From Planctomycetota bacterium (GTDB lineage: Bacteria > Planctomycetota > MHYJ01 > JACPRB01): a stretch of 64,000 nt of DNA. Of this stretch, positions 50,483-60,056 are shown piece by piece (within the stretch, counting starts at the first letter, position 1; each line of letters begins with the position of its first letter). A program made the position numbers and the translations under genes. A model generated the notes under the pieces. It saw nothing but the letters and a program-made list of their open reading frames with translations. It was not told the DNA's origin and ran no database searches. The stretch covers positions 24,261 to 88,260 of the forward strand of contig DASVNH010000241.1 in assembly GCA_036383955.1 (NCBI GenBank). Direction: 5' to 3'.

Positions 50483-51200
50483 GGCCCGCCACGCGTTCTA
50501 CCGGGGCGTGGCGAAGGAGCTGCGCGACGCGAAGATCCCCTTCCTGGTCGGCGGCGCCTACGCGATGCGGCGCTACGCCGACGTCCGTCGCGACACCAAG
50601 GACCTGGACCTGTTCCTGGAGCGCGGGAAGTCGCGGGAGGTCGTCCGCTTCCTGTCGCGCCGCGGCTACGCCGCGCGGATCGTTTCGCCGCACTGGCTCG
50701 GGAAGGTCTCGGCCGGCGACGCCTACGTGGACCTGATCTTCGGCTCGCGCAACGGAATCTGCGCGGTGGACCGGGACTGGTTCCGGCACGCCGAGTCCGG
50801 CCGGCTGCTCGGGCTCCCCGTCCGCTGGGTCCCGCCCGAAGAGATGGTCTGGTCCAAGGCCTTCGTCATGGCCCGCGACCGTTTCGACGGCGCCGACATC
50901 GCCCAGCTCGTCCGCGCGCGCGGGAAGTCGCTGAACTGGACGCGGCTCCTCGACCGCTTCGGCTCCCACTGGCCGGTCCTCTTCGTCCACCTCGTCCTCT
51001 TCGGCTACACCTTCCCCTCGGAGCACGGCGCCGTGCCGGCGTGGGTGCTCGAGGAGCTCGACCGCCGCCGGCACGAGACGCCCCAGAACGGCCGGAAGCT
51101 GTGCCGCGGGACGCTGCTGTCGCCGGGGGAGTATCTGGACGACATCCGCCGCCGGGGCTACGTCGACGCCCGCCAGCGCGACGCGGCGCGGGAAAACTAA
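50472..51200 (+). CDS. Pol-beta-superfamily nucleotidyltransferase-fold protein
   Basis: FLVGGAYAMRRYADVRRDTKDLDLFL matches the GG-x(n)-D-x-D minimal NTase signature. The gene overlaps the upstream gene by 11 nt. Confidence 0.65.
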   Translation: METKARHAFYRGVAKELRDAKIPFLVGGAYAMRRYADVRRDTKDLDLFLERGKSREVVRFLSRRGYAARIVSPHWLGKVSAGDAYVDLIFGSRNGICAVDRDWFRHAESGRLLGLPVRWVPPEEMVWSKAFVMARDRFDGADIAQLVRARGKSLNWTRLLDRFGSHWPVLFVHLVLFGYTFPSEHGAVPAWVLEELDRRRHETPQNGRKLCRGTLLSPGEYLDDIRRRGYVDARQRDAAREN

Positions 51201-51357
51201 GCAGGGCGAGCAAAGTAGTGGCATCCTCTCGCCCTGCTTACCCTGAGCGAAGCGAAGCGGAGTCGAAGGGTTATCGATGGAAATCCTTCGACTCGCTTGC
51301 GGCTCGCTCAGGATAAGCGGCCCGCGAGGAGTGCCAGAAGTTACGTCGGGCCGCTTA
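51199..51357. repeat. Array of three consecutive extragenic hairpins between convergent stop codons
   Basis: H1 is AAGCAGGGCGAG (51199..51210) / CTCGCCCTGCTT (51228..51239), 12 perfect bp. H2 is CCTGAGCGAAGCGAAGCGGAGTCGAAGG (51242..51269) / CCTTCGACTCGCTTGCGGCTCGCTCAGG (51285..51312), with 9 bp matched at each end and a mostly unpaired centre. H3 is TAAGCGGCCCG (51314..51324) / CGGGCCGCTTA (51347..51357), 11 perfect bp. Confidence 0.75.
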
Positions 51358-52380
51358 GGCCCAGTCGAGGATGACCTTGCCGGAGTTGCCCGACTTCACC
51401 ACCTCGAAGGCCTTCTCCCAGTCCGCGGCGGGGAAGCGGTGGGTCACCACCGGCGAGATGTCCAGGCCCGTCTGCAGGAGCACGGTCATCTGGTACCAGG
51501 TCTCGTACATCTCGCGGCCGTAGATGCCCCGGATCGTGAGCATGTTGAAGATGACCTTGTTCCAGTCGATCGCCATCTCCTTCTCGGGGATGCCCAGCAT
51601 CGCGATCTTGCCGCCGTGCGTCATGTTCTCGAGCATCTCGCGGAACGCCGCGGGATGGCCCGACATCTCCAGCCCCACGTCGAAGCCTTCCTTCATGCCG
51701 AGGCGCTTCTGGACGTCGGAGGTCCGCTCGCTCCGGGCGTCGACGGCCGCCGTCACCCCGATCTTGCGGGCGAGCTCGAGGCGGTAGGGATTGATGTCGG
51801 TGATGACGACGTGGCGGGCGCCGGCGTGCTTGGCGACGGCCGCCGCCATGATGCCGATGGGGCCGGCGCCGGTGATGAGGACGTCCTCGCCCAGGACGGG
51901 GAAGGCGAGGGCGCAGTGGACGGCGTTGCCGAAGGGGTCGAAGATCGCCTGGAGGTCGCGCGGGATGTGGGGGTCGTGGCCCCAGACGTTCGTGACGGGC
52001 AGCGCGACGAACTCGGCGAAGGCGCCGGCGCGGTTGACGCCGATGCCCTGGGTGTCCTTGCACTGGGCGCGGCGCCCGGCCATGCAGTTGCGGCAGCGGC
52101 CGCAGACGACGTGGCCTTCGCCGCTGACGAGGTCGCCGGCCTTGAAGTCCTTCACGTTCGAGCCGACGTCGACGATCTTGCCGACGAACTCGTGGCCGAC
52201 GATCAGGGGCGGCTTGATGTTCTTCTGGGCCCAGCCGTCCCAGCCGTGGATGTGCAGATCGGTGCCGCAGATGCCGGTCTTCTCGACGCGGATCAGGACG
52301 TCGTTGATCCCGATCGCGGGCGTCGGGACCTCCTCCATCCACAGCCCGGGTTCGGCCTTCTTTTTGACGAGCGCTTTCAT
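51355..52380 (-). CDS. tdh: L-threonine 3-dehydrogenase
   Basis: From [19 protein letters not shown] onward the protein is near-colinear with what I remember of E. coli Tdh ([83 protein letters not shown]). The first 12 codons of the track ORF were discarded. Confidence 0.9.
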   Translation of the reverse strand: MKALVKKKAEPGLWMEEVPTPAIGINDVLIRVEKTGICGTDLHIHGWDGWAQKNIKPPLIVGHEFVGKIVDVGSNVKDFKAGDLVSGEGHVVCGRCRNCMAGRRAQCKDTQGIGVNRAGAFAEFVALPVTNVWGHDPHIPRDLQAIFDPFGNAVHCALAFPVLGEDVLITGAGPIGIMAAAVAKHAGARHVVITDINPYRLELARKIGVTAAVDARSERTSDVQKRLGMKEGFDVGLEMSGHPAAFREMLENMTHGGKIAMLGIPEKEMAIDWNKVIFNMLTIRGIYGREMYETWYQMTVLLQTGLDISPVVTHRFPAADWEKAFEVVKSGNSGKVILDWA

Positions 52381-52431
52381 GGCGTCCTCAGAATAGCGGT
52401 GGACCGGATGAGACACCAGGAAATGGGGGGG

Positions 52432-52779
52432 CTACTCGACTTTGGAGTGGTCGTGGAGGACGTACTGGGTGGTGAGGACGCTCTGGACCAGGTTTCCCAT
52501 CGGATCGAGGGTGGCGGGCGGGGGCGGCACGGTGTGCAGCTCGCCTTTCAGCGTGAGGCGCTTGCCCACGACGTCGGCCGGCCAGGCCGCGAGCCCGTGG
52601 ATGCTGACGGTCTTGTCGCTCGTCTTCAGGACGGCCCCGGCCTTGGCGTTCTGGGCGGTGCCTTCGAGCGTGACGGCCTCCTTCTTGATCGCCGCGGCGG
52701 GCTTCTTGGCCGGGGGCGGCGGCGGCTTGGGCGAGCAGCCGGAGAGCGCCGCGAGGAGGAGGCAGAGCTGAAGTTTCAT
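52432..52779 (-). CDS. Small lipoprotein with Pro/Lys-rich linker
   Basis: MKLQLCLLLAALSGC lipobox, then SPKPPPPPAKKP, then a roughly 90-aa beta-rich body. Confidence 0.6.
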   Translation of the reverse strand: MKLQLCLLLAALSGCSPKPPPPPAKKPAAAIKKEAVTLEGTAQNAKAGAVLKTSDKTVSIHGLAAWPADVVGKRLTLKGELHTVPPPPATLDPMGNLVQSVLTTQYVLHDHSKVE

Positions 52780-52793
52780 CCGCCCATCCTACG

Positions 52794-53684
52794 CTAAGGG
52801 GCTTCGATCTGCTCGACTTGGATGCCTTTCTTGCGGAGGAGCTCGACGACGCCCTTCTCGCCAAGCAGGTGGCCGGCGCCCATGACGACGAAGTGGACGT
52901 CGCCGCTCTTCAGGTAGCCCGCGACCTTCTCCGCCATCCCGGCGTTGCGCTCGTCGAAGAGCTTCAGGCGCAGCGGGGTCATCTCGGGCTTCTTGGCCAT
53001 GCCTTCCTTGAGGACGAGCGTTTCCAGGGCGTCGGCGTCCCCGCGGGTCCACGCGTCGAACATCCTCTTCATGTTCTCCTCGATCTTGTCGAGGTCCTCG
53101 AGCGTCGAGGTGACGAAGAGCGTCTGGAGGTCGTCGGAGAAGCCCGCCAGGAGGTCGAGCTGGAACTCCGTCGACTCCAGCTCCTGGATCGGCTTGCCTT
53201 TCGCCCGGGCCGCTTCCATGAAGTGGTGGTCGATGCCGAACTTGGGGTCGTAGCCCAGCGCCTGGATCTTCGCCATCGAGACGTTCAGGCAGAGGAACCA
53301 GGGCTTCATGCGCTCGGCCTGCTCCGCGGGAAGGCCGATCTTCGCGGCCAGCTCCAGGGCCTTCCGGGCGCCCTCGGGCGGCATCTTCGTCGAGAGGGAC
53401 TCGCCCGGCTTGTAGAGGCCGCGCGCGAGCACCATCTGCTGCAGCTTCGCGGGATCGACCTTGCTCTGGTCCGCCTCCACGACCAGGATCTTCGCCGCCG
53501 CGAAGGCCTTCTCGATCTCGGCGGGCAGGGGATAGATCTCCTTCTTCGCCGCGTGGATCGAGCCCAGGAGATAGACGTGCGCGCCCCCGGACGAGGCCTT
53601 CCAGAGGAAGCGCTTGTCGCCCGCCGTGCCGGCCGCCGCCGACAGCGGGAGCAGGAAAACCAGGGTGCGCAGGATCATCCGCAT
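52794..53684 (-). CDS. TraB/GumN family protein
   Basis: Signal peptide, then FLWKASSGGAHVYLLGSIH and the C-terminal FVVMGAGHLLGEKG, both typical of the family. Confidence 0.8.
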   Translation of the reverse strand: MRMILRTLVFLLPLSAAAGTAGDKRFLWKASSGGAHVYLLGSIHAAKKEIYPLPAEIEKAFAAAKILVVEADQSKVDPAKLQQMVLARGLYKPGESLSTKMPPEGARKALELAAKIGLPAEQAERMKPWFLCLNVSMAKIQALGYDPKFGIDHHFMEAARAKGKPIQELESTEFQLDLLAGFSDDLQTLFVTSTLEDLDKIEENMKRMFDAWTRGDADALETLVLKEGMAKKPEMTPLRLKLFDERNAGMAEKVAGYLKSGDVHFVVMGAGHLLGEKGVVELLRKKGIQVEQIEAP

Positions 53685-53747
53685 GGCGCGTCCTTTCCGA
53701 ACGGTCAGAGTTTATACGACGGCGGGCCGCTTTGGTATCCTCCGGAG

Positions 53748-54452
53748 ATGAGCGGAGCGTACGCCAACCGGTTCCTCGGGACGCGGCTTTGCTGGGACGT
53801 CGAGCGCCGCGTCCGGAAGATCTTCATGGACGACGACCAGGCCGACGACTACCACCAGGAGCACGACCGGGAGGCCAAGGCCCGCTTCCTGGCGGCGGAG
53901 CCGCTCTGGGAGGCCGCGCTGGCGAACGCGGGCGTCCTGCCCTTCGATCCGTTCCGCGAAAACGTCCGCCTCGACGTCAGCCGCGATGAGGATGTCGCCG
54001 AACACCTCGAGCTGACCTTCGCGACTCCGCCCGCCGCGCTCGAAAAGCTGCGGACGTCGCTCCGCGACGCGGCATCGCGGGTCGAGGGGAAGGACGTCGC
54101 CGACTTCCAGAATCCCGTGGCGGCGGTGCGCTGGGGCGACCGCCTGGGCCTCTACGTCGGCGTCCGGATGGAGGCGCGGCCGGACGTCGCCGCCGCCCTG
54201 CGGCCGCGGCTTCAGAAGGCGCTCGACGTCCTGTGGCCGATCGCCGCGTCGAAGGCGGGCGACTTCCCGGCGCTGTCCGGAAAGGTCCGGGATCCCATCC
54301 GGGACTTCAATCCCTGGGGGCCGCTGCAGGACAGCCAGTTCATGCGCGAATCGTGGGGCGTGGGGAGCGTCGACGTCCGGATCGCGTTTCAGCCCGCGAA
54401 GGCCGACCGCCGGATCGATCTTGCCGCGTGGTTCGCGGGGGTGCGGCTCTAG
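53748..54452 (+). CDS. Hypothetical protein
   Basis: In-frame Met inside track ORF 52818..54452. 234 aa, no signal peptide and no recognised motif. The next gene starts 2 nt after its stop. Confidence 0.55.
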   Translation: MSGAYANRFLGTRLCWDVERRVRKIFMDDDQADDYHQEHDREAKARFLAAEPLWEAALANAGVLPFDPFRENVRLDVSRDEDVAEHLELTFATPPAALEKLRTSLRDAASRVEGKDVADFQNPVAAVRWGDRLGLYVGVRMEARPDVAAALRPRLQKALDVLWPIAASKAGDFPALSGKVRDPIRDFNPWGPLQDSQFMRESWGVGSVDVRIAFQPAKADRRIDLAAWFAGVRL

Positions 54453-54453
54453 G

Positions 54454-55188
54454 ATGGACATCCGCGTCGCCCAGCTTGCCGTCGGGCGGGATCTCGCGGC
54501 CAACCTGGCCCGGATCCTGGCCGTGCTCGAAAGCGCGCGTCCGGGCGAGCTCGTGATATTCCCCGAGGGGATGCTCTCCGGATACGCCCCGGAGGACGAC
54601 CGCTACGCCGCCTCCCTCGACGAACGCGCGATCGAGGACGGGATCGCGGAGACGGCCCGTCGGGCGGCCGCCCGCCGCTGCCACTGCCTGCTTGGCAGCG
54701 CGACCCGGTCGGGCGGGGCCTGGAGGAACTCCGTCGTGCTACTCGGCGGACCGGGCGAGGCGCCGCGCTACCACAAGGCGGAGCTTTCGGGCCTGGACCG
54801 CCGGCACTTCAGCCCCGGGCCCGCGGCCGGCGAGCTCTTCGACGTCGGCGGCGTCCCCGTCGGCGTGCTGGCCTGCCGCGAGATCCTCTTCCCGGCCGCC
54901 TGGATGCGCCTGCGGGAACGCGGCGCGAAGCTGATCGTCCACCTCAACAACGCCGTCCAGCCTCAGGACGCCGTGTGGATCCACGTCTTCCCGACCCGCG
55001 CCATGGAGCTGGGGCTCTTCGTCTGCAGCGTGAACAACGGCGCCCCGACCCAGCCGCTGCCTTCGGTCCTCGTGGCGCCGTCGGGACGCGAGGTCCTGCG
55101 GACGGATCTGAGGAAAGATCACGTCCTGTCCGCCGCCATCGACCTTGGGGAGGTGGTCCCCGACCTCGCCTCGCGGACCGACTTCTAG
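54454..55188 (+). CDS. Carbon-nitrogen hydrolase (nitrilase superfamily)
   Basis: MDIRVAQL.. with the Glu-Lys-Cys triad in context: FPEG, YHKAEL, VLACREI. Internal Met of track ORF 54421..55188. Confidence 0.8.
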   Translation: MDIRVAQLAVGRDLAANLARILAVLESARPGELVIFPEGMLSGYAPEDDRYAASLDERAIEDGIAETARRAAARRCHCLLGSATRSGGAWRNSVVLLGGPGEAPRYHKAELSGLDRRHFSPGPAAGELFDVGGVPVGVLACREILFPAAWMRLRERGAKLIVHLNNAVQPQDAVWIHVFPTRAMELGLFVCSVNNGAPTQPLPSVLVAPSGREVLRTDLRKDHVLSAAIDLGEVVPDLASRTDF

Positions 55189-56321
55189 CGGTCGACGGAG
55201 GCGATGAGCGGCTGGGTGGCTTTCTTCAGGAAGAGGATGGCGAAGCAGGTCTGCCAGACCGCGTTCTCTCCCGAGCTGTCCTTGTTCCAGGAGCCGTTCT
55301 TGTCCTGCGCCGCCAGCAGCACGCGCGCGCCGTCGAGGTACCAGTCCTTGTTCCCCAGCAGCGGATTCCCCGTCAGGATGCCGGCGCGCTCGAGGGCATA
55401 GAGATAGTAGTAGCGGGCCGCCTTCGGGCCGCCGTCGCCGAAGTGGACTTTCGCCCCAGGGTTGTTCTCGACCGAGTAGTTCTTCGCCAGCCAGGCCAGC
55501 CCGCCCTGCACGACCGGATCCTTCCGGAAGTCCTTGTCCAGCAGGTGGTCGTAGATCGCCACGGCCCCGACGGCCCCCGCCGTCATCGAGCCGTACGGCT
55601 CCGCGCCGTCGTTGATCCGGTAACCCCACCCTTGCGGGACGCCTCCCACCCCCGATGCCACCGCGTCCTTGTCGCCGTCTTTGACGGCCGTCGACACCCA
55701 CCACGTCCGCGCCAGGTTGATCACGTTCTTGGGGACGTTGATCCCGGCCTCCTGGCAGGCGCGGAGGCCGAGCGCGGCATACTGGCTGTTCGAGTTGTCG
55801 CCCGATTCCCCGGTGAATCGCGTCTGCGTGACGTTCAGGCGCTTGGAGACGGCGGGCTTCACGCGCGGGCCGCCTTCCTTGCCGCCCACGGATCGCACGG
55901 CCGGGCCTCCGCTGGGCGTCGATGGCGGCGGCGCGGCGACCGGCTCCCCGTAGCCCCACTGCCCGTTGCGGCACTGGTTGTCGACCAGGAAATGCGCGCA
56001 GTGGGAGATCCGCTTCTGCCAGGTCTTGCGGTCGACCTCCTCCAGGATCATGGCCTGCAGGGCCGCCTTGTAGGTGCGGCCCAGCGGCGCCTCGACCATC
56101 TTCTGGAAGTACTCCTTGAACTTGGGATCGGACTCCGGCACGCCCGCGTGCGTGAACGTCCAGAGGATGAGCTCGTCGGAGTCGGGGACGTGCCAGCCGT
56201 CCTCCGGCTTGGCGAACGCCGGGGACCCCGACGTTTTCAGCCAGGCGATGCCCTTCGCGACCGCCTCGTCGATCGCCTTCTGGTCGACGGCCTGCAGCAG
56301 CAGCGCGAGAAGGATCGACAT
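55185..56321 (-). CDS. Prenyltransferase/squalene-oxidase-repeat (alpha/alpha-toroid) protein
   Basis: QW-type repeats (NQCRNGQWGY, AQDKNGSWN), plus NSQYAALGL and YYLYALERAG. Confidence 0.65.
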   Translation of the reverse strand: MSILLALLLQAVDQKAIDEAVAKGIAWLKTSGSPAFAKPEDGWHVPDSDELILWTFTHAGVPESDPKFKEYFQKMVEAPLGRTYKAALQAMILEEVDRKTWQKRISHCAHFLVDNQCRNGQWGYGEPVAAPPPSTPSGGPAVRSVGGKEGGPRVKPAVSKRLNVTQTRFTGESGDNSNSQYAALGLRACQEAGINVPKNVINLARTWWVSTAVKDGDKDAVASGVGGVPQGWGYRINDGAEPYGSMTAGAVGAVAIYDHLLDKDFRKDPVVQGGLAWLAKNYSVENNPGAKVHFGDGGPKAARYYYLYALERAGILTGNPLLGNKDWYLDGARVLLAAQDKNGSWNKDSSGENAVWQTCFAILFLKKATQPLIASVDR

Positions 56322-56338
56322 GCATCAATTATACGGCG

Positions 56339-57793
56339 TCAAGGCTTCCATGTGGGATCGCGATCGTCGCCGGCGTGCTCGGTCGTGACGAGCGCCAGGC
56401 CCCAGTTCGCCGTCTGGTCGGTCAGCAGCAGCGTCGCCACGCTGGAGTGCTCGAAGAACATCCGGTGGTGCCAGTGGTGGGCGTTCGACTGCGTGAAGCG
56501 CTCGGGCATCAGCAGCATGAAGTCCTGCTCGACCAGGTAGAGCGCCTTCGCGGAAAAGACCGCGTCGTGCGGGTAGAGGCCGTAGATCGACGTCTTCCCG
56601 CCCTGCCAGAAGTAGGAGGCCCAGGACGTCGGCATCGGCGCGACCTTCGACAGCCCGCTCGGCCAGGTCGCGTGCCGCCCCGCGAAGGACTCCCGCGCGC
56701 GCTCGGCGACGCGCCGCGCGAGGGCCGTCGACGTCCCGCACGCGGGCACCAGGACGTCGCCGCCCTGATGCAGCTGCGCGAGCGCGTAGATCCGGTCGTT
56801 CTTCTGGACGTCGACGCGATCCTCCCCCTCGAAGTCGTAGAGCGAGGGCTTCATGATCGGGATGACCTTGATCGAGCGCGACGGCCTCGCCCGCGAGAGC
56901 AGCTCCATCAGGCTCAGCGCGCCGAGCGCGGGCGCCCACTCGTCGGAGGCGTGGAACATCCCGACGAACACATGGAGCTCCTGGGACGGATCTCCCCTCG
57001 TGAAGGCGAGGATCTCGTCGTCCCCTCGACGTCCGATGACGCTCACCGCCCATTCCGGGTGGGCCGCCGCGAACGCGCGGAGCTCCTTCAAGTACTCCTT
57101 GTAGGTCGGCTTCGACGTCCAAAACCGTCCCGCGAGCACGCCGCGGCCGGCGAGGTTCGACACGGGCACCCATTTGTGCAGCGCGCCGCGGTGATCCCAT
57201 GTCCCGCGAAGCTCCTCGAGTCTCAGGTCCATCGCGTAGAGCGAGCCCTGGCGGAGGATCACCGCTTTTCCGTTCTGTTCCGAGACCGCCAGCGCGCCGT
57301 CCGCCGCGCTCGTGCGCTGGACGTAGACGCCGTCGCGATGCGCGCACCAGGGCACGAGCGCGCCGACGGGAAAGCCGCGAAGGGCCGGGTCTTCCGCGAC
57401 GATCCGCATCCGGGGAATGGGCTCGCCCACTTCGGCGCGAAGGCCGTCGCGAACCTTCAGCGTCCGCTCGGCGGCCGGCTCCTTCTTCGTGAGATGCCGC
57501 TCCCAGTCGCGCCCGACCTCCTCGATGGTCCGGATGTCGTAGGGATCGATCGGGAGTCGGTTCGGATTCTCGATCCGGACTTCCTCCACGGGCCCGAGGA
57601 CGGCGAGGTCGACGACCACCGTCGCGCCCTTCAGCGCCCGATACGCGGCGAGCTCGCCCTTCATCCCGATCACGAGCTTCGCCTCGACGGGGGCGTCGAC
57701 GACCCGAAGCTCCGGCCAGAGCGCCTTCAGCGTTCGCGCCGCGGGACTGTCGGGCGCGTCGACGAGGACGATCTGGAGCAGGGCGAGGATCAT
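56339..57793 (-). CDS. Hypothetical protein (484 aa)
   Basis: In-frame Met (MILALLQIV) in the C-terminal third of track ORF 56339..59986. The start overlaps the upstream stop (ATGA). Amino-acid composition is normal, unlike the Arg/Pro-rich upstream part of the ORF. Confidence 0.6.
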   Translation of the reverse strand: MILALLQIVLVDAPDSPAARTLKALWPELRVVDAPVEAKLVIGMKGELAAYRALKGATVVVDLAVLGPVEEVRIENPNRLPIDPYDIRTIEEVGRDWERHLTKKEPAAERTLKVRDGLRAEVGEPIPRMRIVAEDPALRGFPVGALVPWCAHRDGVYVQRTSAADGALAVSEQNGKAVILRQGSLYAMDLRLEELRGTWDHRGALHKWVPVSNLAGRGVLAGRFWTSKPTYKEYLKELRAFAAAHPEWAVSVIGRRGDDEILAFTRGDPSQELHVFVGMFHASDEWAPALGALSLMELLSRARPSRSIKVIPIMKPSLYDFEGEDRVDVQKNDRIYALAQLHQGGDVLVPACGTSTALARRVAERARESFAGRHATWPSGLSKVAPMPTSWASYFWQGGKTSIYGLYPHDAVFSAKALYLVEQDFMLLMPERFTQSNAHHWHHRMFFEHSSVATLLLTDQTANWGLALVTTEHAGDDRDPTWKP

Positions 57794-60018
57794 TCGATTC
57801 TCGGGACGCGCTGGACCTCCCAGTCGCGCTTGCCTTCCAGGACGAGGAGCCACTGGGCGGCGGCCTTGAGGAGGTGCGCGTAGCCGCCGGCGTCCGAGTA
57901 CGTGTCCCAGCGCCCGAAGCCGGTCGGGATGTAGCCGAGCTTGTCGAAGAGCGTCTTCCAGGTCCGCAGGCCTTCGCCGAGCTCGCGGCGCAGGGCCGCT
58001 TTCACGCGGGCCTCGCTCGAGGCGATCCGGAACGGCGCGCCGGCGATCTCGTACGTCCCGCGCTCGATCAGATTCGCCCAGGGTTTCTGGTCCTTCGTCG
58101 ACGTCCAGGGCAGCGCGAACTCGAAGACGAAGCCCTCCGGCGCGGAGAGCGTGTTGCCCGTGACGCGCAGCGTCTCCCCCTTGTCGTTGACCGCGTCCCA
58201 CCTGCGGTTCTTGCGCAGCGTGACGTCCGCCCAGCCGCTCTTCGCGCCGACCCGCACCGTGACGCTCTCGCCTTTCGCGGAGCCCGCGACGAGCAGCGCG
58301 GCGGGATGGGCGGCGACGCGGAAGCCCGCGACGTCCTTCATCGCCTCGGCCGGCTTCGTGTCGACGCCGTAGGGGCCGTCGAGCACCGGCACGCCCTCCT
58401 CCCAGAGTCCCGGAAACGCCTCGAGCGCCTGGAGGGCCCAGCCGCAGACGACCATGGTCTGGGGGCCGACGCGGGAGCCCATGGGGATGAGGCGGTCGGA
58501 GCGATATGCCTCGGGCCGGCCGTTCTTGAAGGGCAGCGCGCCGAGGTCGAAGCGGCCGAGGCCCGGCGGGATCTCGCCCGCGTCGGACCAGATCCGAAGC
58601 AGCTGGGGCATGGTGAAGGCGTCGTAGACCAGGCGGAGCGCGACGGCCTTCGGGAGGGTCCCCTTCGCGATCGCGGCGTAGTACTCGTATTCCTGGTTGT
58701 CCGCGAATCCCGGCGCCTGGACGGTCTTGTCGCCCGGCTCCAGCGCCGGCACGCGGAGCTCGCCTTTCGGTTCGCCGATCCGCCGCAGGAGCGCCGCGTC
58801 GCGGTTCGTGAGGCCGGCCGCGGCGAGCACGGCGGGAATCCCCGCCGCGCCGTGGCGCTTGCGGCAGTCCTGCAGGTTGCGTGCCGCCTCGGCGATCTCG
58901 GCGGCGACCTCCTTCTCGCGCAGGAGGCACCACGAGGTCTGCAGCAGGATCGCGAGGTCCTGCGCCAGATGGTTCGAGCTGCCGTGCGCCCAGCCGTCGA
59001 GGCGCATGTCGGGGTTGGGCTTCTCCGAAAGCCGGTCCGTGGAGGAGAAGACCGGCTTGCCCGACTTTTTCCGGGCCGCCTCCAGGCTGAACGACGCGCC
59101 GTCGTCCCACCAGTACGGCACGAAGCCCTTCTCGCCTTTTTGCAGCTGGTGCTCGAGGCCCCAGCGGTGGCCCTTCTCGTCGACGTCGTCCCGGTCCGCG
59201 TTGAAGAGCGTGTCCGAGTGGTTGAGCATCTTCAGGTAGAACGGCAGCGTCCACGTCGTCAGCAGCTCTTTGTAGTAGGCGTCGCCGGTCGCGCGTGCGG
59301 CCGTCGCGAGCGCGGCGCCGAACCACGCGCCGTCGTGCATGGTGTCGAGGGCCTCGCCCTGGATCCACCGGCCCGTCGGGACGTCGAAGTACTCGTAGAT
59401 CATCCCGCGCTGTTCCGAGTCCTTCTTCAGATGCTTGTCGAAGACGAAGCCCGCGAGCGCGCGCATGAAGGCCTTCGTCTCGTCGGCGGTCAGCGGGGCG
59501 GCGGAATCGACGTCCCACGCGGGGCGGGGGGCGTCGAGCCGCTTCACCTGGACTCCGCGGAACGCCACGTCCGTGCCGTGCTCCTGCAGCCCGATCGGGC
59601 CGCGGAAGGGGAGGTCGTCGATCACGGCGCGGTCGACGACCTTCGTTCCGTTGTAGGTCACGCTCGCGACGCGGCCGCGGACCTCGAGCTCCAGGCTGTT
59701 CCATTCGCCGGCGGGCTTGGCGGCGTTGGAGGTCGGAATCGCCCTCCGGAAGATCGAGCCGGAGGAGCCGCTGTGGACGGGCCGCCCGGCGTCGGCGAGC
59801 AGCTCGACCTGGTGCTCGACGCTGTTCCGGCTCCGGAAGAGGATGCCCGAGTTGCCGCCCTCCGGCAGCTTGAACTCGAGGCGCAGGGCGAAGTCGCCGA
59901 ACGTCTCCTTCGACCAGAGCGTGCCCGCCTTTTCGACGCGCTCGATCCGGTCGCCGTCGATCTTCCAGCCGGGATGGGGCTCCCACTCGATCGCTTGAAT
60001 CAGGAGGAGAATCATCAT
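57790..60018 (-). CDS. DUF1080 (3-keto-disaccharide-hydrolase-like lectin fold) domain fused to a large helical, glycoside-hydrolase-like region
   Basis: N-terminus W..HPGWKIDGD.I...GTLWSKETFGDFALRLEFKL.EGGNSGI.FR...IGLQEHG..VAFRGV.VK, then about 550 aa rich in W/Y/H/D acidic motifs. Confidence 0.75.
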   Translation of the reverse strand: MMILLLIQAIEWEPHPGWKIDGDRIERVEKAGTLWSKETFGDFALRLEFKLPEGGNSGILFRSRNSVEHQVELLADAGRPVHSGSSGSIFRRAIPTSNAAKPAGEWNSLELEVRGRVASVTYNGTKVVDRAVIDDLPFRGPIGLQEHGTDVAFRGVQVKRLDAPRPAWDVDSAAPLTADETKAFMRALAGFVFDKHLKKDSEQRGMIYEYFDVPTGRWIQGEALDTMHDGAWFGAALATAARATGDAYYKELLTTWTLPFYLKMLNHSDTLFNADRDDVDEKGHRWGLEHQLQKGEKGFVPYWWDDGASFSLEAARKKSGKPVFSSTDRLSEKPNPDMRLDGWAHGSSNHLAQDLAILLQTSWCLLREKEVAAEIAEAARNLQDCRKRHGAAGIPAVLAAAGLTNRDAALLRRIGEPKGELRVPALEPGDKTVQAPGFADNQEYEYYAAIAKGTLPKAVALRLVYDAFTMPQLLRIWSDAGEIPPGLGRFDLGALPFKNGRPEAYRSDRLIPMGSRVGPQTMVVCGWALQALEAFPGLWEEGVPVLDGPYGVDTKPAEAMKDVAGFRVAAHPAALLVAGSAKGESVTVRVGAKSGWADVTLRKNRRWDAVNDKGETLRVTGNTLSAPEGFVFEFALPWTSTKDQKPWANLIERGTYEIAGAPFRIASSEARVKAALRRELGEGLRTWKTLFDKLGYIPTGFGRWDTYSDAGGYAHLLKAAAQWLLVLEGKRDWEVQRVPRIE

Positions 60019-60056
60019 GCCTAGGTAGGGCTCCCGCGCGCCGTTTTAGGCGCGGG

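Noticed and set aside
57794-59986. N-terminal two-thirds of track ORF 56339..59986 (-)
   Set aside because: This Arg/Gly/Pro-rich segment overlaps, in another frame, the well-formed DUF1080 gene 57790..60018. Normal composition begins only at Met 57793, which I took as the start.
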